From contig OZ024746.1 of assembly GCA_964016885.1 (NCBI GenBank), forward strand, positions 78,182,001 through 78,246,000: a stretch of 64,000 nucleotides of DNA, written 5' to 3'. A program made the position numbers and the translations under genes. The stretch is from Eledone cirrhosa (Eukaryota). The notes under the pieces were generated by a model. It was not told the origin of the DNA and made no database searches. It was given only the letters and a program-made list of their open reading frames with translations. Of this stretch, positions 12,576-24,592 are shown one piece after another (position 1 is the first letter of the stretch; each line of letters opens with the position of its first letter).

Positions 12576-13986
12576 ATACCTTTATATATATATACATATA
12601 CAGTTCACTTTGCAGAGTGCTCGGGCTGTGTTTTATCTTGACCACATCAACACTAGAGAGGTTGTTGTGTTATGACTTAAGGGTCCTCTCTACCCTGCGG
12701 TGTGTATACTTTCTTGATCATTCAAAATCTTTACATCCATTTCTGAAATTATTGGACTCTGTCAACATGAAAGCCAGGTCAGTTAGTGTCATTTGTATGG
12801 TTCAAAGTCACTGTGAGTAATTCTTTGTGTATTTAGGGCACTACACCGAATTAGTGTGTGAAGAAATATAGCCTCGTGGATAGTGTTGAGCTCATAGGGT
12901 TGTGAGTTTGATTCCTGGACTGGACCAATCAATGCTTTCTTTCCTAGAGCAAGACACTATATTTTACATTGCAACACTCCACACAGCTGGTAAAAATGAG
13001 TTTGAATTGAAGACCTATGTGTGGCCTAGTGGTTATAGTGGTGGGCTTGTGTTCATAGAGTTGTGAGTTAGATTCCCAGACCAGACCATGCGGTACATTG
13101 TGTCCTTGAGCAAGACACTGTATTTTACATTGTTACAGTCCACACAGCTGTTCAAAATGAGTTTGAACTGAAGATCTACGTGTGCTCATTAGTTCAATGC
13201 CACAATCCCCCAGACATAATCACTTGTATATCAGAATAGTAGGTAATGTAACAACTGACACCAGACAAACTATGTGACTCGGTGACACAGTAGACAATAG
13301 TAGTATTGGTCAACACATGATTAGTTTAATATCATTTCAGCATTGATTTAAATGCCAACTTCTAATATTTCTCATTAGTTAAAGACCATCTCTACAACCT
13401 TTTAACTATATATTATGTATAAATATTTATTAGATTATTTTCTTTTTGTATCAACGCGGCGACTAAAACTGGATCTGATTCTATGAAAATAAACCACATA
13501 TTTTGAATGGTTTGCATTTAAATTAAAATCTGTCCAACATAATTTTATATCAGAACCATATGTTAATTACTATCTTAGTAATAAATAATGAATTTAGTAA
13601 ATTCCTCAAAATTTTTCATTAATTTATTGAAATAAAGTATATTTCATAAGGAATATGGTCATGGAAATGTAAATTTCCTTATTATATAGCTAACTACCAA
13701 GCAACCAGATTGAAAGCAGTGCCATGATAAAATGCAGCCAGTACACTCTGTAAAGTGGTAGTGCTGGTACCATAATAAAATGCACCCGATGAACTCTGTA
13801 AAGTGGTAGAGTTGGCGCCATGATATAATGCATCCAATACACTGTGTAAAGTATTTGAAATTAGGAAGGACATTCAGTTATAGAAATCATACCTAAAATG
13901 GAACATATGAGTATGAGGTAAATCTATGACTTGTTTACACTCAGACAATGACAGCCCTGTCCAACCCATTCTAGCATGGATTGGAC

Positions 13987-14023
<37 letters not shown>

Positions 14024-14699
14024 CTGAGTATTTTGTAGATATGTTATCCCTTAATGTAATTTTCTTGGAAGTGCATGGCGTTGTGGTAAGTGTGTTGAAC
14101 TTACGATCATAACATTGTGGGTTGGATTCTTGAACTGGGTTGTGTGTTGTGTTCTTGAGCAAAACACTTCATTTCACATTGCTCAGCTAAAAATGGGTAC
14201 CTAACAGCAATAGCTGGGGATTTAACCCTGTAATGGTCTTGCGTCCTATCCGGGGGGGGGGGGGGTCTTGTACTCTCAATCGCTTCACGCCACAGAAACC
14301 AGTATAAGCACCGGCTTGATGAGCCTTCTGCCTCAAGGCAGACTTTAGACTTTTTAGAATGTAATCCTCTGGTAGAACCTACATGACACGATGTTTGACA
14401 TGGCCAATCCTTTGAATTACAACTACAATCTATTCAGATCTATTCAAAGTGCTTCTACACAGTTACAGTTTCTGTTTGTCCAGTTTCACTCACAAGGTTT
14501 GGGTCAGCCCAAGTAAATGACACTTGTCCAGGATTGAACGTGCTACCTCATCATTGTGATGTGAACTTCTTAACCACAGCAACAAATAAAATACCAGTTA
14601 TATACTAGGGTTCTCTGTACTAATGATATCCGATATTACCTACAAATTTGTGGCCTTTAGTTGCTCTAAGAAACTTGTAATTAATTCATAAGCAATGTT

Positions 14700-15110
14700 T
14701 ATAAGTGTGTGTATGTATTTGTGTGTATGTATGTGTGTGTGTGTGTGTGTGTTTGAATGTAGTCAGCATGCATATGCATATGTAAGAGTGTGTGTGTGTG
14801 TGTATGTGTATGTGTGTGTGTGTGTTTGAATGTAGTCAGCATGCATATGCATATGTAAGAGTGTGTGTGTGTTTGTATGTGTGTGTATGTGTGTGTTTGA
14901 ATGTAGTCAGCATGCATATGCATATGTAAGAGTGTGTTTGTATGTGTGTGTATGTGTGTGTTTGAATGTAGTCAGCATGCATATGCATATGTAAGAGTGT
15001 GTGTGTGTTTGTATGTATGTGTGTGTGTGTTTGAATGTAGCCAGCATGCATATGCATATGTAAGAGAGTGTGTGTGTTTGTATGTGTGTGTGTGTGTGTT
15101 TGTATGTGAG
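14700..15110. repeat. Minisatellite GTTTGAATGTAGTCAGCATGCATATGCATATGTAAGAG(TG)n, 5 copies
   Basis: Direct inspection. Confidence 0.9.
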
Positions 15111-15265
15111 CATGTGTGTGCAGATGTTTGTGTCGGTGCATCTCTGAGTATGTATGCGTGAGTGTTTGTGTGGATGAGCATGTGTTTATGTGAGCATGTG
15201 TGTAAGTGTATGAATGTGTAGTTTTGTATGTAACCATATGTGTTTGTATGTGAGCATATGTATAT

Positions 15266-15308
<43 letters not shown>

Positions 15309-15786
15309 AATGTATGTATGTAAGTGTTATTATGTGCATGTATTATTATGTGTATATGTATATATATATATATATATATGTATGTATATATATTATGTGT
15401 ATATGTATATATATATATGTATGTATTTATATATATATATATATATATATGTATTTATATATATATATATGTATTTATATATATATATATATATATAAAA
15501 ACAAATAACGAAACGAAATTAAATTTCGTTTCGCTTCTAACTCACTTTTGTATGACTGACGCTTAAACAATTAAGTTAAAGTGTACATCTACATATGTAT
15601 ACGGAAGTATTAGTATGCATATAAATACACACATGTATACATATGTACATGTACTCAGCTTTTCACTAGACACTTTACAGTGAGTGTCAGCTAGTCTGTA
15701 TGTAACCACACAGACGGACCGGGTTTTAGAGTCATACGGGTTTTCAAGGAAACACATTTCCTCTATTCTCCAGAGGGCCAGACAGG

Positions 15787-15831
15787 AATATTGGACTAGT
15801 TTCGATGTTATTACATCTCATCAGCAATATT
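15787..15831 (-). ncRNA. Type I hammerhead ribozyme (minimal), array copy 1
   Basis: Minus strand reads AAUAUUG CUGAUGA GAUGU aaua ACAUC GAAA CUAG UC CAAUAUU: full core, stems I and II, palindromic stem III ACUAGU, GUC site. Confidence 0.88.
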
Positions 15832-16255
15832 TACCCATCTTCCGGCTTCTCTGGAGAATTGTAAAAGCACATATCGTTATATGCTTTTTCTATGAAAATT
15901 AGTAGTGGGTAGACTAATTTGCATAGAACGTGAGTCATTGTACGCACCGGTTCAGCGGAAACGATAAAAACAAATAACGAAACGAAATTAAATTTCGTTT
16001 CGCTTCTAACTCACTTTTGTATGACTGACGCTTAAACAATTAAGTTAAAGTGTACATCTACATATGTATACGGAAGTATTAGTATGCATATAAATACACA
16101 CATGTATACATATGTACATGTACTCAGCTTTTCACTAGACACTTTACAGTGAGTGTCAGCTAGTCTGTATGTAACCACACAGACGGACCGGGTTTTAGAG
16201 TCATACGGGTTTTCAAGGAAACACATTTCCTCTATTCTCCAGAGGGCCAGACAGG

Positions 16256-16300
16256 AATATTGGACTAGTTTCGATGTTATTACATCTCATCAGCAATATT
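16256..16300 (-). ncRNA. Type I hammerhead ribozyme, array copy 2
   Basis: Identical to 15787-15831 (+469). Confidence 0.88.
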
Positions 16301-16724
16301 TACCCATCTTCCGGCTTCTCTGGAGAATTGTAAAAGCACATATCGTTATATGCTTTTTCTATGAAAATTAGTAGTGGGTAGACTAATTTGCATAGAACGT
16401 GAGTCATTGTACGCACCGGTTCAGCGGAAACGATAAAAACAAATAACGAAACGAAATTAAATTTCGTTTCGCTTCTAACTCACTTTTGTATGACTGACGC
16501 TTAAACAATTAAGTTAAAGTGTACATCTACATATGTATACGGAAGTATTAGTATGCATATAAATACACACATGTATACATATGTACATGTACTCAGCTTT
16601 TCACTAGACACTTTACAGTGAGTGTCAGCTAGTCTGTATGTAACCACACAGACGGACCGGGTTTTAGAGTCATACGGGTTTTCAAGGAAACACATTTCCT
16701 CTATTCTCCAGAGGGCCAGACAGG

Positions 16725-16769
16725 AATATTGGACTAGTTTCGATGTTATTACATCTCATCAGCAATATT
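16725..16769 (-). ncRNA. Type I hammerhead ribozyme, array copy 3
   Basis: Identical to 15787-15831 (+938). Confidence 0.88.
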
Positions 16770-16857
16770 TACCCATCTTCCGGCTTCTCTGGAGAATTGT
16801 AAAAGCACATATCGTTATATGCTTTTTCTATGAAAATTAGTAGCCGGAAGATGGGTA

Positions 16858-16902
16858 AATATTGCTGATGAGATGTAATAACATCGAAACTAGTCCAATA
16901 TT
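16858..16902 (+). ncRNA. Type I hammerhead ribozyme, array copy 4
   Basis: AATATTG CTGATGA (16865-16871) GATGT AATA ACATC GAAA (16886-16889) CTAG TC CAATATT; predicted cleavage after C16895. Confidence 0.9.
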
Positions 16903-17326
16903 CCTGTCTGGCCCTCTGGAGAATAGAGGAAATGTGTTTCCTTGAAAACCCGTATGACTCTAAAACCCGGTCCGTCTGTGTGGTTACATACAGACTAGCT
17001 GACACTCACTGTAAAGTGTCTAGTGAAAAGCTGAGTACATGTACATATGTATACATGTGTGTATTTATATGCATACTAATACTTCCGTATACATATGTAG
17101 ATGTACACTTTAACTTAATTGTTTAAGCGTCAGTCATACAAAAGTGAGTTAGAAGCGAAACGAAATTTAATTTCGTTTCGTTATTTGTTTTTATCGTTTC
17201 CGCTGAACCGGTGCGTACAATGACTCACGTTCTATGCAAATTAGTCTACCCACTACTAATTTTCATAGAAAAAGCATATAACGATATGTGCTTTTACAAT
17301 TCTCCAGAGAAGCCGGAAGATGGGTA

Positions 17327-17371
17327 AATATTGCTGATGAGATGTAATAACATCGAAACTAGTCCAATATT
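17327..17371 (+). ncRNA. Type I hammerhead ribozyme, array copy 5
   Basis: Identical motif, CTGATGA at 17334; cleavage after C17364. Confidence 0.9.
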
Positions 17372-17795
17372 CCTGTCTGGCCCTCTGGAGAATAGAGGAA
17401 ATGTGTTTCCTTGAAAACCCGTATGACTCTAAAACCCGGTCCGTCTGTGTGGTTACATACAGACTAGCTGACACTCACTGTAAAGTGTCTAGTGAAAAGC
17501 TGAGTACATGTACATATGTATACATGTGTGTATTTATATGCATACTAATACTTCCGTATACATATGTAGATGTACACTTTAACTTAATTGTTTAAGCGTC
17601 AGTCATACAAAAGTGAGTTAGAAGCGAAACGAAATTTAATTTCGTTTCGTTATTTGTTTTTATCGTTTCCGCTGAACCGGTGCGTACAATGACTCACGTT
17701 CTATGCAAATTAGTCTACCCACTACTAATTTTCATAGAAAAAGCATATAACGATATGTGCTTTTACAATTCTCCAGAGAAGCCGGAAGATGGGTA

Positions 17796-17840
17796 AATAT
17801 TGCTGATGAGATGTAATAACATCGAAACTAGTCCAATATT
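17796..17840 (+). ncRNA. Type I hammerhead ribozyme, array copy 6
   Basis: Identical motif, CTGATGA at 17803. Confidence 0.9.
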
Positions 17841-18264
17841 CCTGTCTGGCCCTCTGGAGAATAGAGGAAATGTGTTTCCTTGAAAACCCGTATGACTCTA
17901 AAACCCGGTCCGTCTGTGTGGTTACATACAGACTAGCTGACACTCACTGTAAAGTGTCTAGTGAAAAGCTGAGTACATGTACATATGTATACATGTGTGT
18001 ATTTATATGCATACTAATACTTCCTTGTACATATGTAGATGTACACTTTAACTTAATTGTTTAAGCGTCAGTCATACAAAAGTGAGTTAGAAGCGAAACG
18101 AAATTTAATTTCGTTTCGTTATTTGTTTTTATCGTTTCCGCTGAACCGGTGCGTACAATGACTCACGTTCTATGCAAATTAGTCTACCCACTACTAATTT
18201 TCATAGAAAAAGCATATAACGATATGTGCTTTTACAATTCTCCAGAGAAGCCGGAAGATGGGTA

Positions 18265-18309
18265 AATATTGCTGATGAGATGTAATAACATCGAAACTAG
18301 TCCAATATT
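18265..18309 (+). ncRNA. Type I hammerhead ribozyme, array copy 7
   Basis: Identical motif, CTGATGA at 18272. Confidence 0.9.
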
Positions 18310-18733
18310 CCTGTCTGGCCCTCTGGAGAATAGAGGAAATGTGTTTCCTTGAAAACCCGTATGACTCTAAAACCCGGTCCGTCTGTGTGGTTACATACAG
18401 ACTAGCTGACACTCACTGTAAAGTGTCTAGTGAAAAGCTGAGTACATGTACATATGTATACATGTGTGTATTTATATGCATACTAATACTTCCGTATACA
18501 TATGTAGATGTACACTTTAACTTAATTGTTTAAGCGTCAGTCATACAAAAGTGAGTTAGAAGCGAAACGAAATTTAATTTCGTTTCGTTATTTGTTTTTA
18601 TCGTTTCCGCTGAACCGGTGCGTACAATGACTCACGTTCTATGCAAATTAGTCTACCCACTACTAATTTTCATAGAAAAAGCATATAACGATATGTGCTT
18701 TTACAATTCTCCAGAGAAGCCGGAAGATGGGTA

Positions 18734-18778
18734 AATATTGCTGATGAGATGTAATAACATCGAAACTAGTCCAATATT
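18734..18778 (+). ncRNA. Type I hammerhead ribozyme, array copy 8
   Basis: Identical motif, CTGATGA at 18741. Confidence 0.9.
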
Positions 18779-18995
18779 CCTGTCTGGCCCTCTGGAGAAT
18801 AGAGGAAATGTGTTTCCTTGAAAACCCGTATGACTCTAAAACCCGGTCCGTCTGTGTGGTTACATACAGACTAGCTGACACTCACTGTAAAGTGTCTAGT
18901 GAAAAGCTGAGTACATGTACATATGTATACATGTGTGTATTTATATGCATACTAATACTTCCGTATACATATGTAGATGTACACTTTAACTTAAT

Positions 18996-19047
<52 letters not shown>

Positions 19048-19124
19048 CATATATATATATATATAAATACATATATATATATATATAAATACATATATAT
19101 ATATATACATATATATAAATACAT

Positions 19125-19201
<77 letters not shown>

Positions 19202-19281
19202 TGTTTGTGTATATATATATATGTGTGTGTGTATGTATGTATATATAAATATATATTTATGTATATATATATATGTATGTA

Positions 19282-19339
<58 letters not shown>

Positions 19340-19769
19340 TGTGTGTGTGTCTATGTATATATATATACACACACACACATACACACACACACATACACAC
19401 ATACACACACATATATATATATGTATATATACATGTATGTGTGTTTGTTGTGCATATGTTTTCCTCTTTTTATTCATAAACCCTTTCTTTTCTATGTTGA
19501 ACAGTGTGATTACCTTTTCATATTGGCTTTTGTTTTCTAGTCAAGAATTCCTCCTCCTTTCCTTTTCAGCCCTGATTATATCTTTCCACGGCCCCTCCAC
19601 CTCCCCCTCCACCCCACCTTCATCATCAGAGTGAAATATTAATTAGTACCAATCTTAGAAGAACAATAGAACTGCTATAATTCTTTCATATCTCTGTCTG
19701 TCTCCTATTAATTAATCCCGTCAATAACAGCAACAGCAACAGCTTGAAATAATAAGAAATAACTCTCCT

Positions 19770-19776
19770 GTCGTCG

Positions 19777-19825
<49 letters not shown>

Positions 19826-19993
19826 GATCACCATCATCATCATCATCACTATCTGCATCATCATCATCATCACTATCCACATCACCATCATCCCCATCAT
19901 CATCACCATCATCATCATCATCGTCATCATCACTATCCACATCAGCATCATTATCATCATCATCATCACTATCCGCATCATCATTATCATCAC

Positions 19994-20040
<47 letters not shown>

Positions 20041-20140
20041 CTATCCGCATCATCATTATCATCACCATCACCACCACCATCATCATCATCACCATTATCA
20101 TCATTATTATCATCGCCACCATCATCATTATCACTATTAC

Positions 20141-20172
<32 letters not shown>

Positions 20173-20398
20173 AGATTTTTATCATCACCGGTATCATTAT
20201 CATCATCACCATCAATATCACCATCAATATCACCATCAATATCATCATCATCATCATCAACATTATCTATCATTATTAGAAACAATTATAATTATTATTA
20301 TCATTACTACCATCATCAATATCATCATCATCATCATCCTTATTATTTTTGTTATCATAATTACCATTATCATCATCATCATCACCATCACCATCATT
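19770..20398. repeat. (CAT)n trinucleotide tract
   Basis: Direct inspection; source of the poly-D/M/I ORFs. Confidence 0.95.
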
Positions 20399-20722
20399 AG
20401 ATGTGCTATCAGATTTGATTTCATCAAATGTCGTTTAGTTATCTTTTATTTTTAGTTGTATTTATTATACGGTACATAGTTTCTGAGGTTTTATATTTAT
20501 TGTGGAAATAACAACAAACATGAATATTTTGGTTAGCTGCGGCTGTCATTTCTACCATATATAATCCATAGAATAAAGATGATTGCATATCATTTCTGGT
20601 CTTCCCACTTTTGTTGTTATATACTTTAACTATGCTTTCTTTTATTAGATTTATTTTAAAGCTAAGGACCTCTTTCTCCTTCTTTTACTCTCTCTCTCTA
20701 TCTATCTATCTATCCCCTCCTC

Positions 20723-20754
<32 letters not shown>

Positions 20755-20941
20755 GGTCTCTCCCTCCCACTCTCTCTCTGGTTGCTGATCAAATGAAATT
20801 AACACAGGGTAGAAAAGATCTGTTCAGTCTTAACAAGCATATGACAACCTCTCTTGTGCTGGTGCCACAAGAAAATGCACCCAGTGCACTCTGTAAAGTA
20901 GTATTGTTGGTACTTCACCAAACCCATCCAGTTCGTGCTGC

Positions 20942-20987
<46 letters not shown>

Positions 20988-21095
20988 AAAAGAATGACTT
21001 CACTTGTAGTTCTAAACAATTTAATTTAATTTTATAATATGATTTTACAATTTGGTTTTGTAGATGTTGTTTTCTATATATATATATATATATAT

Positions 21096-21328
21096 CTTTT
21101 GTCACATCACCAGTCTGAGGAGCAGATCGACACTGGAGTCAGGTTCATAATTCCTATACGTCACCTTGAGCCGATCCTCTGTGAAACGCGCGTAACGGGT
21201 CGATACGCAATAAATATTTTTCATATGTAAACGAAACTTCCTCGTTTTTTCTATTTTATATACACTCTGCCTGTGCATAGAGTGCTTGGTTTGGTACCAA
21301 CACCACTATTTCACCATACTACCTACAC
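21096..21328 (+). mobile_element. Short HHR-bearing Penelope-like non-autonomous element (family C) between (TA)n tracts
   Basis: Contains the HHR at 21109-21200, then AATAAA and a CTCGT...TACACTCTGC tail shared with 37986-38050. Confidence 0.65.
21109..21200 (+). ncRNA. Type I hammerhead ribozyme with long stem II
   Basis: ACCAGU CUGAGGA GCAGA...UCUGU GAAA CGCGCG UA ACGGGU; palindromic stem III ACGCGCGU; stem I has one mismatch. Confidence 0.65.
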
Positions 21329-21373
<45 letters not shown>

Positions 21374-21454
21374 TTTACTAGGATTCAACTCATCAGTAAC
21401 TTTGTAAAAGTTATATATATGTAATGGTCTAACTGGTTTTTACCCCTCCATTCT

Positions 21455-21486
<32 letters not shown>

Positions 21487-21487
<1 letters not shown>

Positions 21488-21826
21488 ATGGCTTAGTGGT
21501 TAGAGTATTGGGCTTGCAATCGAAAGGTTGTGAATTCAATTCTCAGACAGGGTGATGTGTTGTTTCCTTGAGCAAGACACTTTATTTCACATTTCTCCAG
21601 TTTACTCAGCTGTAGAAATGAGATGATAGGGACTGGGGTCCATATCATTCCACTGCAAAGTGGTCGTGGAGGTGCCATGGCAAAAAAACACCCAGCACTC
21701 ACTGTAAATGAGGTTGGTGTTAGGAAGGGCATCCAGCTGTAGAAATCAAGCCAGAATCAGTTCCCGTCCCACCCTTGCAAGCAGGGAAAAGTGGACGTAA
21801 AATGATGATGATGATGATGATGATGA
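21487..21826 (+). mobile_element. Composite SINE: tRNA head + CORE-like block + hairpin + RTE-type tail
   Basis: Highly similar to 62666-62995; ends GGACGTAAAA(TGA)n. Confidence 0.85.
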
Positions 21827-22199
21827 TATATATATATACACAGAGAAAGAGAGATACCAATTCTTGTTTGAATAGGTTTTAGCAGAATCGGTAGAGCACT
21901 TGACAAATTCTTGTGTGATATTTCATTTGTCAAATCCCCCTCCTGGGTCAAATTTGAGTTTCCAACTTCTAGGGGTCATTAAACCATAAAACACCACTGA
22001 CATACTGGGTGAGATCAATATATCTGACTCTACACCCATGCCCTCCATTGGAGGTATTGTGGTTCTCTTAGAGATTAACATTTAAACATTAACAACAGCA
22101 ACAACAATAACAAGACAAAACAATCTATTAAATTGATGTAAAGTTAGTTGATTATATGTATTTAACATTTTGGTTTTATAGTATATTATAATGACTCAC

Positions 22200-22955
22200 T
22201 GTGGTGGTGGTGGCAGGGGGAGGGGGGCGTGATGTGTGGTGGTGGTGGTAGGGGGTGATGGTGGTGTGGTGGTGGTGGTAGGGGGTGATGGTGGTGGTAG
22301 GGGGTGATGGTGGTGTGGTGGTGGGGGGGTGATGTGTGGTGGTGGTGGTGGTAGGGGGTGATGGTGGTGTGGTGGTGGTGGTGGGGGGTGATGTGTGATG
22401 GTGGTGGTGGGGGGTGATGGTGGTGTGGTGGTGGTGGTGGGGGTGATGTGTGATGGTGGTGGTGGGGGGTGATGGTGGTGTGGTGGTGATGTGTGGTGGT
22501 GGTGGTAGGGGGTGATGGTGGTGGTGGTTTGGGGGTGATGTGTGATGGTGGTGGTAGGGGGTGATGGTGGTGGTGGTGGTGGTGGTGATGTGTGATGTGT
22601 GGTGGTGGTGGTGTGGTGGTAGGGTGGTGATGTGTGGTGGTGATGTGTGATGTGTGGTGGTGATGGTGGTGGTGTGGTGGTGTGGTGGTAGGGTGGTGAT
22701 GTGTGGTGTGGTGGTGGTGGTGGTGGTGATGTGTGATGTGTGGTGGTGGTGGTGTGGTGGTAGGGTGGTGATGTGTGGTGTGGTGGTGATGTGTGGTGTG
22801 GTGGTGATGGTGGTGGTGGTGGTGATGTGTGATGGTGGTGGTGGTGGTAGGGTGGTGATGTGTGATGGTGGTGTGGTGGTGATGTGTGGTGGTGGTGGTG
22901 TGGTGGTGATGTGTGGTGGTGGTGGTGTGGTGGTAGGGTGGTGATGTGTGGTGTG
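22200..22955. repeat. (GGT/GAT/GT)-rich low-complexity tract
   Basis: Direct inspection. Confidence 0.95.
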
Positions 22956-22973
22956 AAATCAAAAGCTCATCGG

Positions 22974-23080
<107 letters not shown>

Positions 23081-23879
23081 TCATCATCACATCATCACTG
23101 TTTTACGTCCATTCTTCCACGATAGCATGGGTTAGACGGGTTGTCCTGTTGTGGGTAGTGTCCGGTCGGCGGATTTTGTCTTACTCATACGGGAAGTGTA
23201 TATATATATTTATATATATATATATAAACAGACACACACATTTTATGGTGAAATGTTATAAATTTATCCACTGAAAATAACAACAACAACAATCAAATTA
23301 GTCCCTTTAGTAAACCAAGAGTGAAAAAAAAACCAACACAAAAATGCATTATAAAAAAGTTAAAATTAAAATTAATTGATAAAAGGAATGAAATTGACAC
23401 TTAAAAAAATGAAAACCGATTTAAAAAAAAAACACATTAAAAAAATTCACTAACAGGAATAATGTATATAATATATATTTCTGCAAATTATAATAAAAAA
23501 TAAACACTTATAAATAACATATTAAAAATACTAACACAAAAAATGTATTTTCTGTAAATTAAAAGCTATACAAACATTAAAAATAACAGAAAGATATTCT
23601 AAAAAAAAAATTATAAAATATAAAAAATAACACACCCATAAACACCAAAAAACACATTAAAAAAGTTACTAACGCACAAACAAATATATTTAATAGGAGA
23701 TATGTCGATAAAATATCCGACTTTTTTTCCACCATGAATGGAACGTAATGACGTTAAGGAGACAAGCATTTGCAGTGTGGAGCTGCATACATCCATAGCA
23801 TTTATATTTTGTCTGATAGCCAACAAGGATAGCGAGTTGTTAAATACATGGTAACTGGAGATAAAACGTGGGTGTATGC

Positions 23880-24225
23880 CAGTGATTCCCAACGTGGGGT
23901 GCACGCCCCACAGGGGGGGGGGGGGGGGTACAATTTGAATATTCAAGCGAGGCAATTTGAAAATGATGTTAATGTGAGCAAACTTCAGGTTTTTTCCCTA
24001 TTATTTTTACACCAAGGTAACTTTGGAACAAATTACTGTCGGACACTCCTGTCTCACCCCTCCACACGTGTTATTCTGCATCTGGCATTGCCCATATGCC
24101 AATTTTTTTACACTTTGTAATTTACACTTTGTAGTTGATCATCGCTGTTTTTATATCAAAGTGGGGCATAAAATGTTTGAGAAGTTAAGGTGGGCCATGG
24201 GGTACAAAAAGGTTGGGAACTACTG
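23880..24225. mobile_element. hAT (Charlie-like) MITE inserted in the mariner transposase
   Basis: TIRs CAGTGATTCCCAAC / GTTGGGAACTACTG; 8-bp TSD GTGTATGC / GTGTCTGG (6/8). Confidence 0.85.
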
Positions 24226-24592
24226 GTGTCTGGGTATGACCCAGAACCCAAAACTAAGTCATTACAATGGAAGCGTCCAACATGACAGCAAAGACCCCCA
24301 AATAGTAGATCGAGTCCAGGGCAAAATCAAGGTTATGCTGACTGTTTTCTTCGACTACTGAAGCATATTGTGCCTCTCAAATACACACCAGAAGGGCTAA
24401 CAGTTACATATGGGTTCTGTAGGGATGTCCTCCGACATCATCATGGAACAATATGGCACAAGAAGCAGGAGGCCTAGCGAAACTGGAGGCTGCATCATGA
24501 CAATGTCACAGCTCATTTGACAAATTCTCTACTCTTCTACGACTTCTAATTCTTCCTCCAAAAATGAAGATGTCATTTCTGATAGGGGGACA

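Larger units (their letters stand above)
15497..18996. mobile_element. Inverted tandem array of 469-bp hammerhead-containing units (Penelope-related / retrozyme-like), in (TA)n
   Basis: About 2.9 units in one orientation (15497-16843) joined by an AG overlap to about 4.6 units in the opposite orientation (16842-18996); exact 469-bp period; only one visible variant (about 18025-18027). Confidence 0.92.

Noticed and set aside
12616-12812. Possible exon (TTTGCAG acceptor, GTGAGT donor, one open frame)
   Set aside because: Weak polypyrimidine tract and unrecognisable peptide; needs RNA-seq
15563-19008. Repeated 64-aa and 72-aa ORFs in the 469-bp units
   Set aside because: Short, mostly non-ATG starts, no recognisable domain; the sequence is better explained by RNA structure
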